The translations under genes and the position numbers were made by a program. The notes under the pieces were generated by a model. The model made no database searches. It saw nothing but the letters and a program-made list of their open reading frames with translations, and was not told the DNA's origin. Shown here in pieces: positions 8,834 through 17,861 of a stretch of 32,000 nucleotides of DNA (positions are counted from its first letter, which is position 1; each line of letters begins with the position of its first letter). The stretch covers positions 690,001 through 722,000 of the forward strand of contig OY969425.1 in assembly GCA_963699255.1 (NCBI GenBank). The letters are read 5' to 3'. The stretch comes from an uncultured bacterium (lineage in GTDB: Bacteria; Margulisbacteria; WOR-1; CAVSGV01).

Positions 8834-9649
8834 ATGAAAAAACACCTGGTGATGCTCCACGGCTTCGGCTGTGACTCAAGGGTATTCTCATCGATCGGAA
8901 CGAAACTGTCAAAAGACCATGACGTCCTTATGGTGGACCTGCCCGGCCACGGCCAGACCAAGGAAAAGTTCGGCGATTTTTCTTTCTCCGCTTACACGAT
9001 ACTTCACGCGCTCGACCAATATCTGGGCGAGCCTTACTCTCTTCTCGGCTGGTCGATGGGAGGACAGATCGCGCTAGAAATGTACAAGCAAACAAAGAAG
9101 AGATGGGAGATGAGAGATGCGAGATGCGAAAAGCAAGAGTCTAAATGCAAATGCGGGCACGATCACGAACATGAACATGCGCACAGCGATATCACATCGC
9201 TCATCCTCGTTTCATCCACGCCAAAGTTCGTGGCTTCAGACGATTTCCCATTCGGAATGAACAAGGCCGTTTTCAGCAAGTTCAGAAAGGGTCTAAAAGA
9301 TCACCCTGAAAAGACAATGAACGATTTTTACAACCTTGTATTCTCTGACAACGAGGATGCGTCCTTGTTTCTATCCAGCATCCAAACCCAAACCCCATCC
9401 CAACAGACCCTTCTAGAATGCTTGAAAAGTTTCGAGCGCTTCGACGGAAGGAACATTCTTCCCGCGGTGAACGTCCCCACCCTGATAATGGCCGGCGACG
9501 GCGATGAGGTGATCGACCCGAAGGCGTCGCTTTATCTGTCGCAGGAAATAAAGAGCAGCTCATTGAAGATGTTCAGGGGCGCCGGACACGCGCCGCATCT
9601 TACAAGAGAAAAGGAAATGATCGATGAGATCTCAAAGTTCCTTGGATAA
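8834..9649 (+). CDS. bioH: BioH-like alpha/beta hydrolase (probable pimeloyl-ACP methyl ester esterase) with low-complexity insertion
   Basis: MLHGFGCDSRVF, GWSMGGQIALEM nucleophile elbow, MAGDGDEVIDPKASLYLS, GAGHAPHLT; directly overlaps bioC. Confidence 0.8.
   Translation: MKKHLVMLHGFGCDSRVFSSIGTKLSKDHDVLMVDLPGHGQTKEKFGDFSFSAYTILHALDQYLGEPYSLLGWSMGGQIALEMYKQTKKRWEMRDARCEKQESKCKCGHDHEHEHAHSDITSLILVSSTPKFVASDDFPFGMNKAVFSKFRKGLKDHPEKTMNDFYNLVFSDNEDASLFLSSIQTQTPSQQTLLECLKSFERFDGRNILPAVNVPTLIMAGDGDEVIDPKASLYLSQEIKSSSLKMFRGAGHAPHLTREKEMIDEISKFLG
9099..9127 (+). repeat. AGATGNG heptad microrepeat inside bioH
   Basis: AGAGATGGGAGATGAGAGATGCGAGATGC. Confidence 0.85.
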
Positions 9650-10428
9650 GAACAAGATAGCCCGGTCCTTTTCAAGATCGGCCGAGACTTACGACCTGTT
9701 TTCCCGGCTGCAAAAAGACCTTGCGAACGATCTGGTAAAGTCCGTAGCATCCATCAATATCTCCCCGAAGAACATACTTGATATCGGCACGGGAACAGGT
9801 AATGTTGCATTCCTGCTGCATGAAAGATACAGGGACGCCATTATCACCGGCTGCGACATAGCTCCTGGAATGATAAAGAAAGCCGCCAACAACAACCCTT
9901 ATGAGAACGTGGCTTTCGAGGTGGCTGACGCCGAGAACCTGCCTTTTACGGATAAGAAGTTCGATCTTGTAGTATCCAGCACGACATTTCAATGGGTCGA
10001 GGACCTTTCCAGGGCGTTCTCGGAGGCGAAAAGAGTTCTCATCCCCGGCGGGTACTTCGCATTCGTTACTTTCGGGCCAAAAACCCTGTCGGAACTTAAA
10101 CGGAATTACAAGATCGCCTTCGGTGAAGATGCGGATCATCTGCACAAGTTCAATAACATGCGCGAGATACAGGCGATGCTGAAAACGGCCGGTTTTGAGG
10201 CTTTAAAATTGAACTCCGACACGCTGAGGGAATTCTACCCTGATTTCAGGACGTTCTTCAGGTCGCTGAAGGGGCTCGGAGCGCTGAACGCCTCGCCGGA
10301 CCTGCCGAAAGGTCTAAGGTCACCGGACAAAGATGAACGCGCTGATCAAGTATTACGAGACCAACAGCAGGATAGGGAACCGGGTTTATGCGACGTTCGA
10401 GGTCATCAGAGTGCTCTGCAGGGCGTGA
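9624..10428 (+). CDS. bioC: Malonyl-ACP O-methyltransferase; C-terminal frame restored by removing one nt near 10317
   Basis: ILDIGTGTGNVAFLL, VADAENLPFTDKKFDLVVSSTTFQWVEDLSRAFSEAKRVLIPGGYFAF. The track ORF runs out of frame to 10439; the alternative frame gives HRTKMNALIKYYETNSRIGNRVYATFEVIRVLCRA* ending at 10428. Confidence 0.85.
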
Positions 10429-10850
10429 TCAGAACTTGACCTCTATCGCCCTGGGCGGGCACGGAAGAACGCACAGTTCGCACGCGATGCATTTTTCCGG
10501 ATCGAACTCCACCTCATCGTTTTCCTGTCGTTTATATAAAGCGCTCCCACAGGGCACTGAGCGACGCACGCCCCGCACTGAGTGCATTTGTCCCAGTTGA
10601 CCACGATGTCTTTTTCCAGCGGCTGGACATTCACCCCTTGTTTCTTCAGGTAATCGAGGCCTTTTTTGATCTCGGCTTCCTCTCCCGTCAGCTCCAGCAC
10701 CATCAGCCCCTCGTCATCCGGCATTATGTTCGCCCGCAGTATATTGAAAGAGAGCCCGTAATCCTTGATGAGCCTGTAAACTATCGGCTGGTCTATCTTT
10801 TCTTTTGGGAACTTGAGCACTATCCTTTTTGATGTTGTCATAATTATCAT
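10429..10850 (-). CDS. NIL-domain plus 2x[4Fe-4S] ferredoxin, second cluster out of frame in the track ORF
   Basis: VLKFPKEKIDQPIVYRLIKDYGLSFNILRANI (NIL) and CTQCGACVAQCPVGAL. A -1 shift at the AAAA run in GGAAAACG gives DEVEFDPEKCIACELCVLPCPPRAIEVKF* ending at 10429. Confidence 0.85.
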
Positions 10851-10885
10851 CTCCTTAATTGGTCATTGAGTCATTGTTAATTGTG

Positions 10886-12103
10886 TCATTGTTTAACAGG
10901 CCGCTCGTTCAGCGGTTTGAACTTTACTCCATCCTCGACGCCTGGGAGTTTTGCGACAGGCTCCGTTAAAGTAAAATCGCCCTTCTTGATCCAGCTTTTC
11001 AATGTCTCGGCTATCTTAAGTGCCTTCGAATAGCTTGAAATCCCGGAAGTAGGCACTTTCTTTCCTTTTATTTCGATCTCCCCCGACTTAAGCTGCTCGT
11101 AATTAACTTCGCCCACGACTTCCGGCTTGCCGTTCGGATACGCGTCGCTGTAATCAACTATCGCCGCATAAATATCTTTGTCCTTTATCGCCGCATATTT
11201 CAATGTCTCCTCGCTCAATATCGGGATGGGTATGCCGATTCCAACGTTCAGCGTTGTCCCGTATCCGACGAATGAAACTCCCTTAAGCCATTCGGGAGTC
11301 ATCTGCTTCAGATCGCCGATAACGGCGAGAGTTCCGGCGGGCCTTTTCGGCACTCCGTTCTCAAGCCTCGGGGCGCCCGGATTGTGCTGCGTACCCTGCC
11401 ACGCGACATATCCGACCCCTCCGCCGAGGAATATCTTTGTGCCGATCCCGACCGTTTTGTAAAAAGGATCGTTCAGCAGAGGCGAAAGCTGTCCCGCGCT
11501 GCAGTAGTTCGCGTTACCGATGTTCGGTTTAAGGATGCCGAGATAAGTGTATATCGTTTTATCCGAAAGATTTACCGCGACATTATAGTTCTGGTAAGCG
11601 TTGCGGAAGTTGAACAGGACCGCTTCATTGACATCCTTCAGGTTCAGCAGTGTCTTAAGCTCTCTCTTCGGATAGCAGTCGGTGCCGTAAGCCGAAGCTT
11701 CAAGCACCACATCCTTGCCCGCGACAAGCTCTTCGATGACGTGTCCTCCTCCGTACTTGAACTCGCCGGGATGGACGCTGTTCCTGGGGTCGTCATCCGG
11801 CATTGCCGTAGCGCCGAGATAGAAATCGACCGCCGCAAAACCGGTATAGACCGGCACTCCATTCAGCGTCGCCCTGCCTCCGCCCAGCTTTATTTTCGGG
11901 CGGGTGTGTCCGACGTTCATATAAGCACCGGACGAACACATCGGGCCGAACGTCGCCGTCGTTACGACGTCCACTTCCTTCGCGGCCTTCTCGATCCCTT
12001 TTTTCTCGATAAGATCAAGCAGTTCCTCCTTTGTAACGATCACCGCCTGGCCTTTTTTTATCTTCTCATTTATTTCCTGCAACGTTTTTGCCATTTTTAC
12101 CAA
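10886..12103 (-). CDS. COG1900/DUF39 homocysteine biosynthesis family protein
   Basis: KTLQEINEKIKKGQAVIVTKEELL...VVTTATFGPMCSSGAYMNVGHTRPKIKLGG...GVPVYTGFAAVDFYLGATA; next to a NIL-ferredoxin as typical of the family. Confidence 0.85.
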   Translation of the reverse strand: MVKMAKTLQEINEKIKKGQAVIVTKEELLDLIEKKGIEKAAKEVDVVTTATFGPMCSSGAYMNVGHTRPKIKLGGGRATLNGVPVYTGFAAVDFYLGATAMPDDDPRNSVHPGEFKYGGGHVIEELVAGKDVVLEASAYGTDCYPKRELKTLLNLKDVNEAVLFNFRNAYQNYNVAVNLSDKTIYTYLGILKPNIGNANYCSAGQLSPLLNDPFYKTVGIGTKIFLGGGVGYVAWQGTQHNPGAPRLENGVPKRPAGTLAVIGDLKQMTPEWLKGVSFVGYGTTLNVGIGIPIPILSEETLKYAAIKDKDIYAAIVDYSDAYPNGKPEVVGEVNYEQLKSGEIEIKGKKVPTSGISSYSKALKIAETLKSWIKKGDFTLTEPVAKLPGVEDGVKFKPLNERPVKQ

Positions 12104-12114
12104 CTCCTTTTCTA

Positions 12115-13065
12115 TTAACTGAACAACTCGGTTGAGAGATATCGCTCCCCGGTATCCGGAAGCACAACAACTATCATCTTGCCCTTGTTCTCATTTCTTT
12201 TCGCGACCTGGAGCGCGGCCCAGACCGCCGCTCCACTGGAGATACCCGCCAGAATCCCTTCCTTCTTTGCAAGCTCCCTGGCCGTTGCAAAGGCGTCATC
12301 CGCGGAAACAGTGACTATTTCATCGATTATCTTTCGGTTCAAAACCTCCGGAACAAAGCCGGCGCCTATTCCCTGTATCCTGTTCGGTCCGGGCTTGCCC
12401 CCGGAAAGCACCGGCGATTCCTTGGGCTCGACTGCGATGATCTTTATGTTCTTTTTCTTCTTTTTAAGCACTTCCCCTACCCCTGTGATCGTTCCGCCCG
12501 TCCCGACCCCGGCGATGAAGATATCCACTTTTCCTCCCGTATCCTTCCATATCTCAAGCGCCGTTGTTTTCCTGTGTATTTCGGGATTTGCCGGATTCTT
12601 GAACTGCTGCAGCAGCAGATATTTTCTGTCAGACTCAACGACTTCTTCTGCCTTTTCGATCGCTCCCCTCATGCCCTTTGACCCCTCGGTCAGGATCAAT
12701 TCAGCCCCGAACGCTTTGAACAGATTTCTTCTTTCGATGCTCATCGTCTCAGGCATCGTGAGTACCAAGCTGTATCCCCTCGCCGCCGCGACGAACGCGA
12801 GAGCAATCCCCGTGTTTCCGGAGGTCGGCTCGATCAATATAGTGTCCTTTTTGATCTTGCCGGCCTTTTCCGCCGCGTCTATCATAGCCACGCCGATCCT
12901 GTCCTTCACCGAACTTGCGGGATTAAATGATTCGAGCTTCGCGATAACGGCAGCGGGAAGCCCCTCTGCCATCCTGTTCAACCTTACAAGCGGAGTGTTC
13001 CCCACCAACTGCGTAATGTCTTTTGCTATTTTTCCCATATATCCATCCCTCCTCCAGGCCGCCAC
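12115..13065 (-). CDS. cysK: Cysteine synthase A
   Basis: [93 protein letters not shown]. Confidence 0.95.
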   Translation of the reverse strand: MAAWRRDGYMGKIAKDITQLVGNTPLVRLNRMAEGLPAAVIAKLESFNPASSVKDRIGVAMIDAAEKAGKIKKDTILIEPTSGNTGIALAFVAAARGYSLVLTMPETMSIERRNLFKAFGAELILTEGSKGMRGAIEKAEEVVESDRKYLLLQQFKNPANPEIHRKTTALEIWKDTGGKVDIFIAGVGTGGTITGVGEVLKKKKKNIKIIAVEPKESPVLSGGKPGPNRIQGIGAGFVPEVLNRKIIDEIVTVSADDAFATARELAKKEGILAGISSGAAVWAALQVAKRNENKGKMIVVVLPDTGERYLSTELFS

Positions 13066-13503
13066 CTAAATATAATACTCCGAGAACTTGTTTTCATTTT
13101 TCTTTTGCCTGTCCCTTAAGTCGGCAAAAGTCAGAGAATCAATTTTTGCGGCTATGTATTTCCCTATATCGCAGAAAACATCCCTTAAGACGCATCTGGA
13201 CGAATAGCTGCATGTCTCCTTGTGGTTGACGCACGCTATCGGCTCGACCGGACCCTCAATATATCTTATCACCTGTCCCATCGTGATATCTTTCGGGCCC
13301 CTTGATAAGACATAGCCGCCTTTTTGGCCCCGAAAGCTCTTAACGAACCCGCCTTTTTTCAGTTGGAGCAGGATCTGCTCCAGGAACTTCACCGGGATAT
13401 CCTGCCTCCTGGCAATCTCATCCGAAGATTGAAGCTTGCCCTGGTTGATGCTCAGGTCGAGTATTACTTTCAGCGCGTAATCACCTTTAAATGTTATCTT
13501 CAT
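13066..13503 (-). CDS. Rrf2-family transcriptional regulator with Cys cluster
   Basis: DYALKVILDLSINQGKLQSSDEIARRQDIPVKFLEQILLQLKKGGFVKSFRGQKGGYVLSR, and ACVNHKETCSYSSRCVLRDVFCDIG. Confidence 0.9.
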   Translation of the reverse strand: MKITFKGDYALKVILDLSINQGKLQSSDEIARRQDIPVKFLEQILLQLKKGGFVKSFRGQKGGYVLSRGPKDITMGQVIRYIEGPVEPIACVNHKETCSYSSRCVLRDVFCDIGKYIAAKIDSLTFADLRDRQKKNENKFSEYYI

Positions 13504-13529
13504 AATTAATCCCTACTAACTTGATGGGA

Positions 13530-13557
13530 ATTATATACTATTATCGGAGGTTGTCAA
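13530..13557 (-). promoter_or_regulatory. Sigma70-type promoter of the rrf2-cysK-COG1900-NIL-Fd operon
   Basis: Minus strand TTGACA (13557-13552), 16 bp, TATAAT (13535-13530), 26 nt before ATG at 13503. Confidence 0.7.
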
Positions 13558-13573
13558 GCGAAATTTCAGTTCT

Positions 13574-14449
13574 TTACTGGATCGCCATCCCGAGGAATTG
13601 TCTCACGAGCAGCCCGATCACAAAGCTTAATGCAGCGACGCCCATACTGATGGACGCCATCTCAAGGAACCTGGTCATGAATGATATCTCTTTTACGACC
13701 GAATAATAGAAGGCGAACAAAAATATCATTATTATCGCGCCAAGCAATGTCAGCCCCAGGCAAGTCAGATAATTCGACACCAGGAGATACGGAAGAATAA
13801 GCACAATAACCACGCAAACATATGTCAGCGTGGTATAGAAAGATGCCTTGAACGGGTCCCTCGCCTCTCCCTCTGTCTTTGTCGACAGATATTCGGAGGC
13901 CCCCATGGATAGAGAGGCCGCGATCCCCGTGATCAAACCCGCGACGCCTACTAACTTCGCGTTCTGTAAAGCAAATGTAAGCCCCGCCAGAGTACCGGTC
14001 AGCTCTACAAGCGCGTCGTTAAGGCCGAGTACGATGGAGCCGATGTATTTCAACTTTTCTTCATCGATCATTGCGACAAGCTCATGTTCGTGTCTGGTCT
14101 CATCGTCGCGGATATTAAGGGCTTCGGGTATCACATTTGAAATCTTTTCATACGCCTTCTGGGCGCCCTTTTCTCCGTTTTCCATAAGCTTTATCCCGAA
14201 CGTGATCCCGAAGATGCATGAAACGATCAAGTAGAACCAGTATTTGATCCGGTCCATCTTAACATCGATCCCGGAGTGTCCTTTCCATATATTATAATGA
14301 CGAAGCTCATCATCGGAGATCCTGCGCAGGACATCATCGTTCCGTTTATCCTTGCTTAGCTGTGCAAGCTTTCTGTAAAAAAGATGCTCTGTGATCTCGT
14401 TTTTCTGGAAACCAAGAACGATCCCTCTGGTCCTTGCATCAAGCGCCAT
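13574..14449 (-). CDS. Ferritin-like/VIT1 (CCC1) family membrane protein
   Basis: N-terminal E..DDELRHYNIW...DDETRHEHELVAMIDEE ferritin-like ligands, then GLNDALVELTGTLAGLTFAL...LSMGASEYLSTKTEG, hydrophobic C-terminus. Confidence 0.85.
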   Translation of the reverse strand: MALDARTRGIVLGFQKNEITEHLFYRKLAQLSKDKRNDDVLRRISDDELRHYNIWKGHSGIDVKMDRIKYWFYLIVSCIFGITFGIKLMENGEKGAQKAYEKISNVIPEALNIRDDETRHEHELVAMIDEEKLKYIGSIVLGLNDALVELTGTLAGLTFALQNAKLVGVAGLITGIAASLSMGASEYLSTKTEGEARDPFKASFYTTLTYVCVVIVLILPYLLVSNYLTCLGLTLLGAIIMIFLFAFYYSVVKEISFMTRFLEMASISMGVAALSFVIGLLVRQFLGMAIQ

Positions 14450-15082
14450 CTACAGCTCCCCTTTTTTGATGGCGAACTCGATCGTGTCGACAAGCCTGTG
14501 GGTCTTCATGTCAACAGTGTTTATAAGGACTTCGGACAGATATTGCCTTGATGGGCCGCTGCCCGACAGCTTTATAAGCGGCCTGTCTTTTGCCCCGACG
14601 TGTATGCCTTTTGAGCTTACAAAGATGGGTATTTTCATCTCAAACGCGTACTTCCTGCCGTAGCTGGAAATGGACCAGTACCTGTCCGTCTTGCTCCCGT
14701 ATATTTTTGACAGAGCTAGCGGATAAGAGATCTTTATCTGACCGGGCTTTGAGGGGTCCGTAGCTATCCTTACCCTGTTCAGCAGGCTCTGCGCGGACCT
14801 GAAGGACACCCTGACGCTTGTCTTCTTCGCTCCCCAGCCTCTGTCAGCCTTTAAACCCGTGACGCTCCGTCCGTCTATATATATGTAAAGGTATTTCCTG
14901 CCCAGGCATAACTTGACGCTCTGCATGTCAAATCCCGACCTGTCTTTTTCAAGGAAGCGCGGAGGGCACCTGTAGAAGGTTTTGATCTTCGCCCAATCCC
15001 AGAATTTGCCGTCGATTTTTATGCACCACGCGGAAACGGCAAGCAAAACAAAGGTTATGATAAAGATCAGCGGCTTTTTCAT
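14450..15082 (-). CDS. Secreted protein with possible CBM9/DOMON-like sugar-binding fold
   Basis: Signal peptide, KIDGKFWDWAKIKTF, YLYIYIDGRSV, YAFEMKIPI: pattern of CBM9-like periplasmic domains. Confidence 0.4.
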   Translation of the reverse strand: MKKPLIFIITFVLLAVSAWCIKIDGKFWDWAKIKTFYRCPPRFLEKDRSGFDMQSVKLCLGRKYLYIYIDGRSVTGLKADRGWGAKKTSVRVSFRSAQSLLNRVRIATDPSKPGQIKISYPLALSKIYGSKTDRYWSISSYGRKYAFEMKIPIFVSSKGIHVGAKDRPLIKLSGSGPSRQYLSEVLINTVDMKTHRLVDTIEFAIKKGEL

Positions 15083-15108
15083 TTGTGTTCATTTTATACC
15101 ATTCAAAG

Positions 15109-15137
15109 TTGAGCGTCCACGCCAATTGCAGTATAAT
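15109..15137 (+). promoter_or_regulatory. Promoter for lipase-glpK pair
   Basis: TTGAGC (15109-15114), 17 bp, TATAAT (15132-15137), 8 nt to ATG 15146. Confidence 0.5.
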
Positions 15138-15145
15138 CACCCCGG

Positions 15146-15973
15146 ATGCTTAAATCCCAAGATGGCGTTATTTTTTACCGGGAATGGAACTGCCCTTCTC
15201 CCAAGACGGTCGTCATACTTGTCCACGGGCTTGGCGGGTACTCGGGAAGATTCTTCGAGTTCGGCCCTTACCTGGCAAAGCACGGCATGCAGGTCTATGC
15301 AATAGAGCTTAAAGGCTTCGGCGAATCCCCTTCCGTAAAAGGCCACATCGATAACTTCCAGACCTATACGAACGAACTGAAGTCCCTCGTTGTAACGGCG
15401 AAAAAACTGCATGCGGAAAAAAAGATATTCATGTTCGGCGAATCGATGGGCGGGCTCATCACGCTTGATTTCTTGATCCATCACCAGAACATGATCGACG
15501 GGGCGATCCTGATGTCCCCCGCCGTAAAAGACAAGCTGCCGATGCCCTTTGCGAAAAAACTGGAGATCTTCAGATCCGCGATGTTCGATCCGATGGCGTT
15601 CTTCCCTGCCGGCTTCTCGGCGGAGTTGTTCACGCGCGACAAAGTGATGGCAAAAAGGATAAACAACGACCCTCTCGAGGTGAGGCAGTTCACGGCAAAG
15701 TTCTTTTTCTCGATATTGAAAGCGATGATATTCGTGAGCATGAAGCCCCGCGCGATCAATCTTCCCGTCCTCATGCTGCTTGCGGGGCATGACTCGATGA
15801 TCTCTGCTGAAACCGCGGAGAGGTATTTCAAGAAAATGCCATCGAAGGACAAAGAACTGAAATGGTATCCGGAAATGTTCCACGCGCTTTATGTTGATAA
15901 GGATAGAGAGCCTGTTTTCAAGGATATTGTTGATTGGATAAATAAAAGAGCAGAGATGGGAGATGTGAGATGA
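15146..15973 (+). CDS. Monoacylglycerol lipase / lysophospholipase-like alpha/beta hydrolase
   Basis: [86 protein letters not shown]. Confidence 0.85.
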   Translation: MLKSQDGVIFYREWNCPSPKTVVILVHGLGGYSGRFFEFGPYLAKHGMQVYAIELKGFGESPSVKGHIDNFQTYTNELKSLVVTAKKLHAEKKIFMFGESMGGLITLDFLIHHQNMIDGAILMSPAVKDKLPMPFAKKLEIFRSAMFDPMAFFPAGFSAELFTRDKVMAKRINNDPLEVRQFTAKFFFSILKAMIFVSMKPRAINLPVLMLLAGHDSMISAETAERYFKKMPSKDKELKWYPEMFHALYVDKDREPVFKDIVDWINKRAEMGDVR

Positions 15974-15981
15974 GAGGTGTG
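15952..15981 (+). repeat. AGATGNG heptad microrepeat at lipase/glpK junction
   Basis: AGAGATGGGAGATGTGAGATGAGAGGTGTG. Confidence 0.8.
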
Positions 15982-17469
15982 AAGAAATACATATTAGCTA
16001 TAGATCAAGGCACCACCGGCTCAACGATCATCATCTTCGACAAAAAAGGCGGAATAGCATCGAGAGCTTACCGAGAATTCCCTCAGATATTCCCAAAGCC
16101 AGGCTGGGTGGAGCATGACCCTGTCAAGATATGGCAGTCGGTAAAGCTGACGATAACCGACGCGCTAAAGGCCGGAAAGATCAAGGGAAGCGAGATCGCC
16201 GCGATCGGTATCACAAATCAGAGAGAAACCACGATCATATGGGACAGGAAGACAGGCAGGTCGATCTACAACGCTATCGTATGGCAATGCAGAAGGACAG
16301 CGCAGATATGCGACGCCCTGAAAAAGAAGGGTCTTGAGCCCTACGTCCAGAAAGCGACCGGGCTGAAGATAGATGCGTATTTCTCGGGAACAAAGATAAA
16401 GTGGATACTAGATAACGTCAGAGGAGCTAGAAGAGCTAGAGGAGGAAGATGTGGGGGATTGGCTTTTGGGACTGTTGATACATGGATAATATGGAATCTG
16501 ACTGATGGCAAAAGTCACGTTACCGACTATTCAAATGCTTCAAGGACGATGATTTACAACATTCGAAAGCTTGATTGGGATGAAAAGCTCCTCAAAATAC
16601 TTCGCATTCCGCGTTCTCTTCTTCCCAAGGTCGTCCCCTCTTCCGGAATTGCCGGGCGCACAAAAGGCCTAGGGGTCCTGCCGGACGGTATACCGATCGC
16701 AGGAATAGCCGGCGATCAGCAGGCTGCTTTATTCGGGCAGGGCTGCCACGAGCCCGGGGACATCAAGAACACTTACGGAACCGGCTGTTTCATGCTTGTT
16801 AACACCGGAACAAAGGCCGTTAATTCAAAGACCGGCCTTTTGACAACGATCGCATGGGGAATTGATAAGAAAGTCTTTTACGCTCTTGAAGGCTCCGTTT
16901 TCATTGCTGGCGCCGCGATCCAATGGATCCGCGACGGACTGGGTCTGATCAAGAAAGCTGCAGAGACCGAAGCTATCGCAGAGTCGGTCCCTGACACAGG
17001 CGGCGTGTATTTTGTCCCTGCTTTCGTCGGCCTTGGCGCGCCTTACTGGAACATGTACGCGCGCGGCACTATCACCGGAATAACCAGGGGCACGACCAGG
17101 GCTCATCTGGTCCGCGCGACGCTTGAGTCCCTTGCCTATCAGACAAAGGATGTACTCCTCTGCATGCAGACGGATTCGCATCTCAAGATAAGATCGATGA
17201 AAGTGGACGGTAAAGCCGCGGAGAACGGTTTCCTGATGCAGTTCCAGGCGGATATCCTGCCGGCAAAAGTGATCCGGCCAAAGATCATCGACACCACCGC
17301 GCTCGGGGCGGCGTATCTCGCAGGTCTGGGAGTTGGTTTCTGGAAAAATCGGAACGAACTAAAGAAACTCTGGAAGATCGATAAAATATTCAGTCCTAAA
17401 ATGGAGAGGACTCAAAGGAATAAGTTATATCAGGGTTGGGAAAAAGCCATATCTCAAGCTCAACGTTGA
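15970..17469 (+). CDS. glpK: Glycerol kinase
   Basis: [100 protein letters not shown]. Confidence 0.96.
   Translation: MRGVKKYILAIDQGTTGSTIIIFDKKGGIASRAYREFPQIFPKPGWVEHDPVKIWQSVKLTITDALKAGKIKGSEIAAIGITNQRETTIIWDRKTGRSIYNAIVWQCRRTAQICDALKKKGLEPYVQKATGLKIDAYFSGTKIKWILDNVRGARRARGGRCGGLAFGTVDTWIIWNLTDGKSHVTDYSNASRTMIYNIRKLDWDEKLLKILRIPRSLLPKVVPSSGIAGRTKGLGVLPDGIPIAGIAGDQQAALFGQGCHEPGDIKNTYGTGCFMLVNTGTKAVNSKTGLLTTIAWGIDKKVFYALEGSVFIAGAAIQWIRDGLGLIKKAAETEAIAESVPDTGGVYFVPAFVGLGAPYWNMYARGTITGITRGTTRAHLVRATLESLAYQTKDVLLCMQTDSHLKIRSMKVDGKAAENGFLMQFQADILPAKVIRPKIIDTTALGAAYLAGLGVGFWKNRNELKKLWKIDKIFSPKMERTQRNKLYQGWEKAISQAQR
16420..16446 (+). repeat. 9-bp tandem microrepeat inside glpK
   Basis: AGAGGAGCT AGAAGAGCT AGAGGAGGA. 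Confidence 0.7.
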
Positions 17470-17482
17470 GAGCTTAGATGTT

Positions 17483-17520
17483 TAATTTCTAATCTCCAAT
17501 CTCTATTCTCTAATCTCTAC
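17483..17520. repeat. TAATCTC-type heptad microrepeat between glpK and DUF167 gene
   Basis: TAATTTC TAATCTC CAATCTC TATTCTC TAATCTC TAC. Confidence 0.85.
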
Positions 17521-17736
17521 AACCTTCTCCCTTGAAGTAAGGCCTCTTATGATCGATATTCCGCTTTTTTTAACGCCGAAATGCTCAGCAAGAAGATCGA
17601 TAAGCGCGGCATTTGCCTTTCCTTCCACGGCCCTTGCCGTCAGATAGACCTTAAGGCGGCCGGGCTCCTCCACCAATCTGTCCCGTTTTGCGTTAGGAAT
17701 GACCTTTATATTCAATTTTGCCATTGCAGAAAGCAT
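17503..17736 (-). CDS. DUF167/YggU family protein
   Basis: LNIKVIPNAKRDRLVEEPGRLKVYLTARAVEGKANAALIDLLAEHFGVKKSGISIIRGLTSREKVVEI. Confidence 0.92.
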   Translation of the reverse strand: MLSAMAKLNIKVIPNAKRDRLVEEPGRLKVYLTARAVEGKANAALIDLLAEHFGVKKSGISIIRGLTSREKVVEIRE

Positions 17737-17861
17737 TTTATCACAGAAAAGCCTCCCGCTGCTCCTCCAAATAATACCTTTTCAGAAGTGAAATTTACCA
17801 ATGGATGTTTCGATAATAAAGCGGCAGTGACCCGGCTGATGGGCATTTGGAGGCATGTAAA

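Noticed and set aside
12179-13069. Plus-strand ORF of 296 aa
   Set aside because: Fully antisense to cysK; low-complexity FFFFFF/Ser-Pro stretches, shadow ORF.
13503-13573. tRNA or small RNA upstream of the Rrf2 gene
   Set aside because: No cloverleaf or conserved motif; the region is explained by a promoter.
15137-15883. Minus-strand ORF of 248 aa
   Set aside because: Antisense to the lipase gene with strong motifs; likely spurious.
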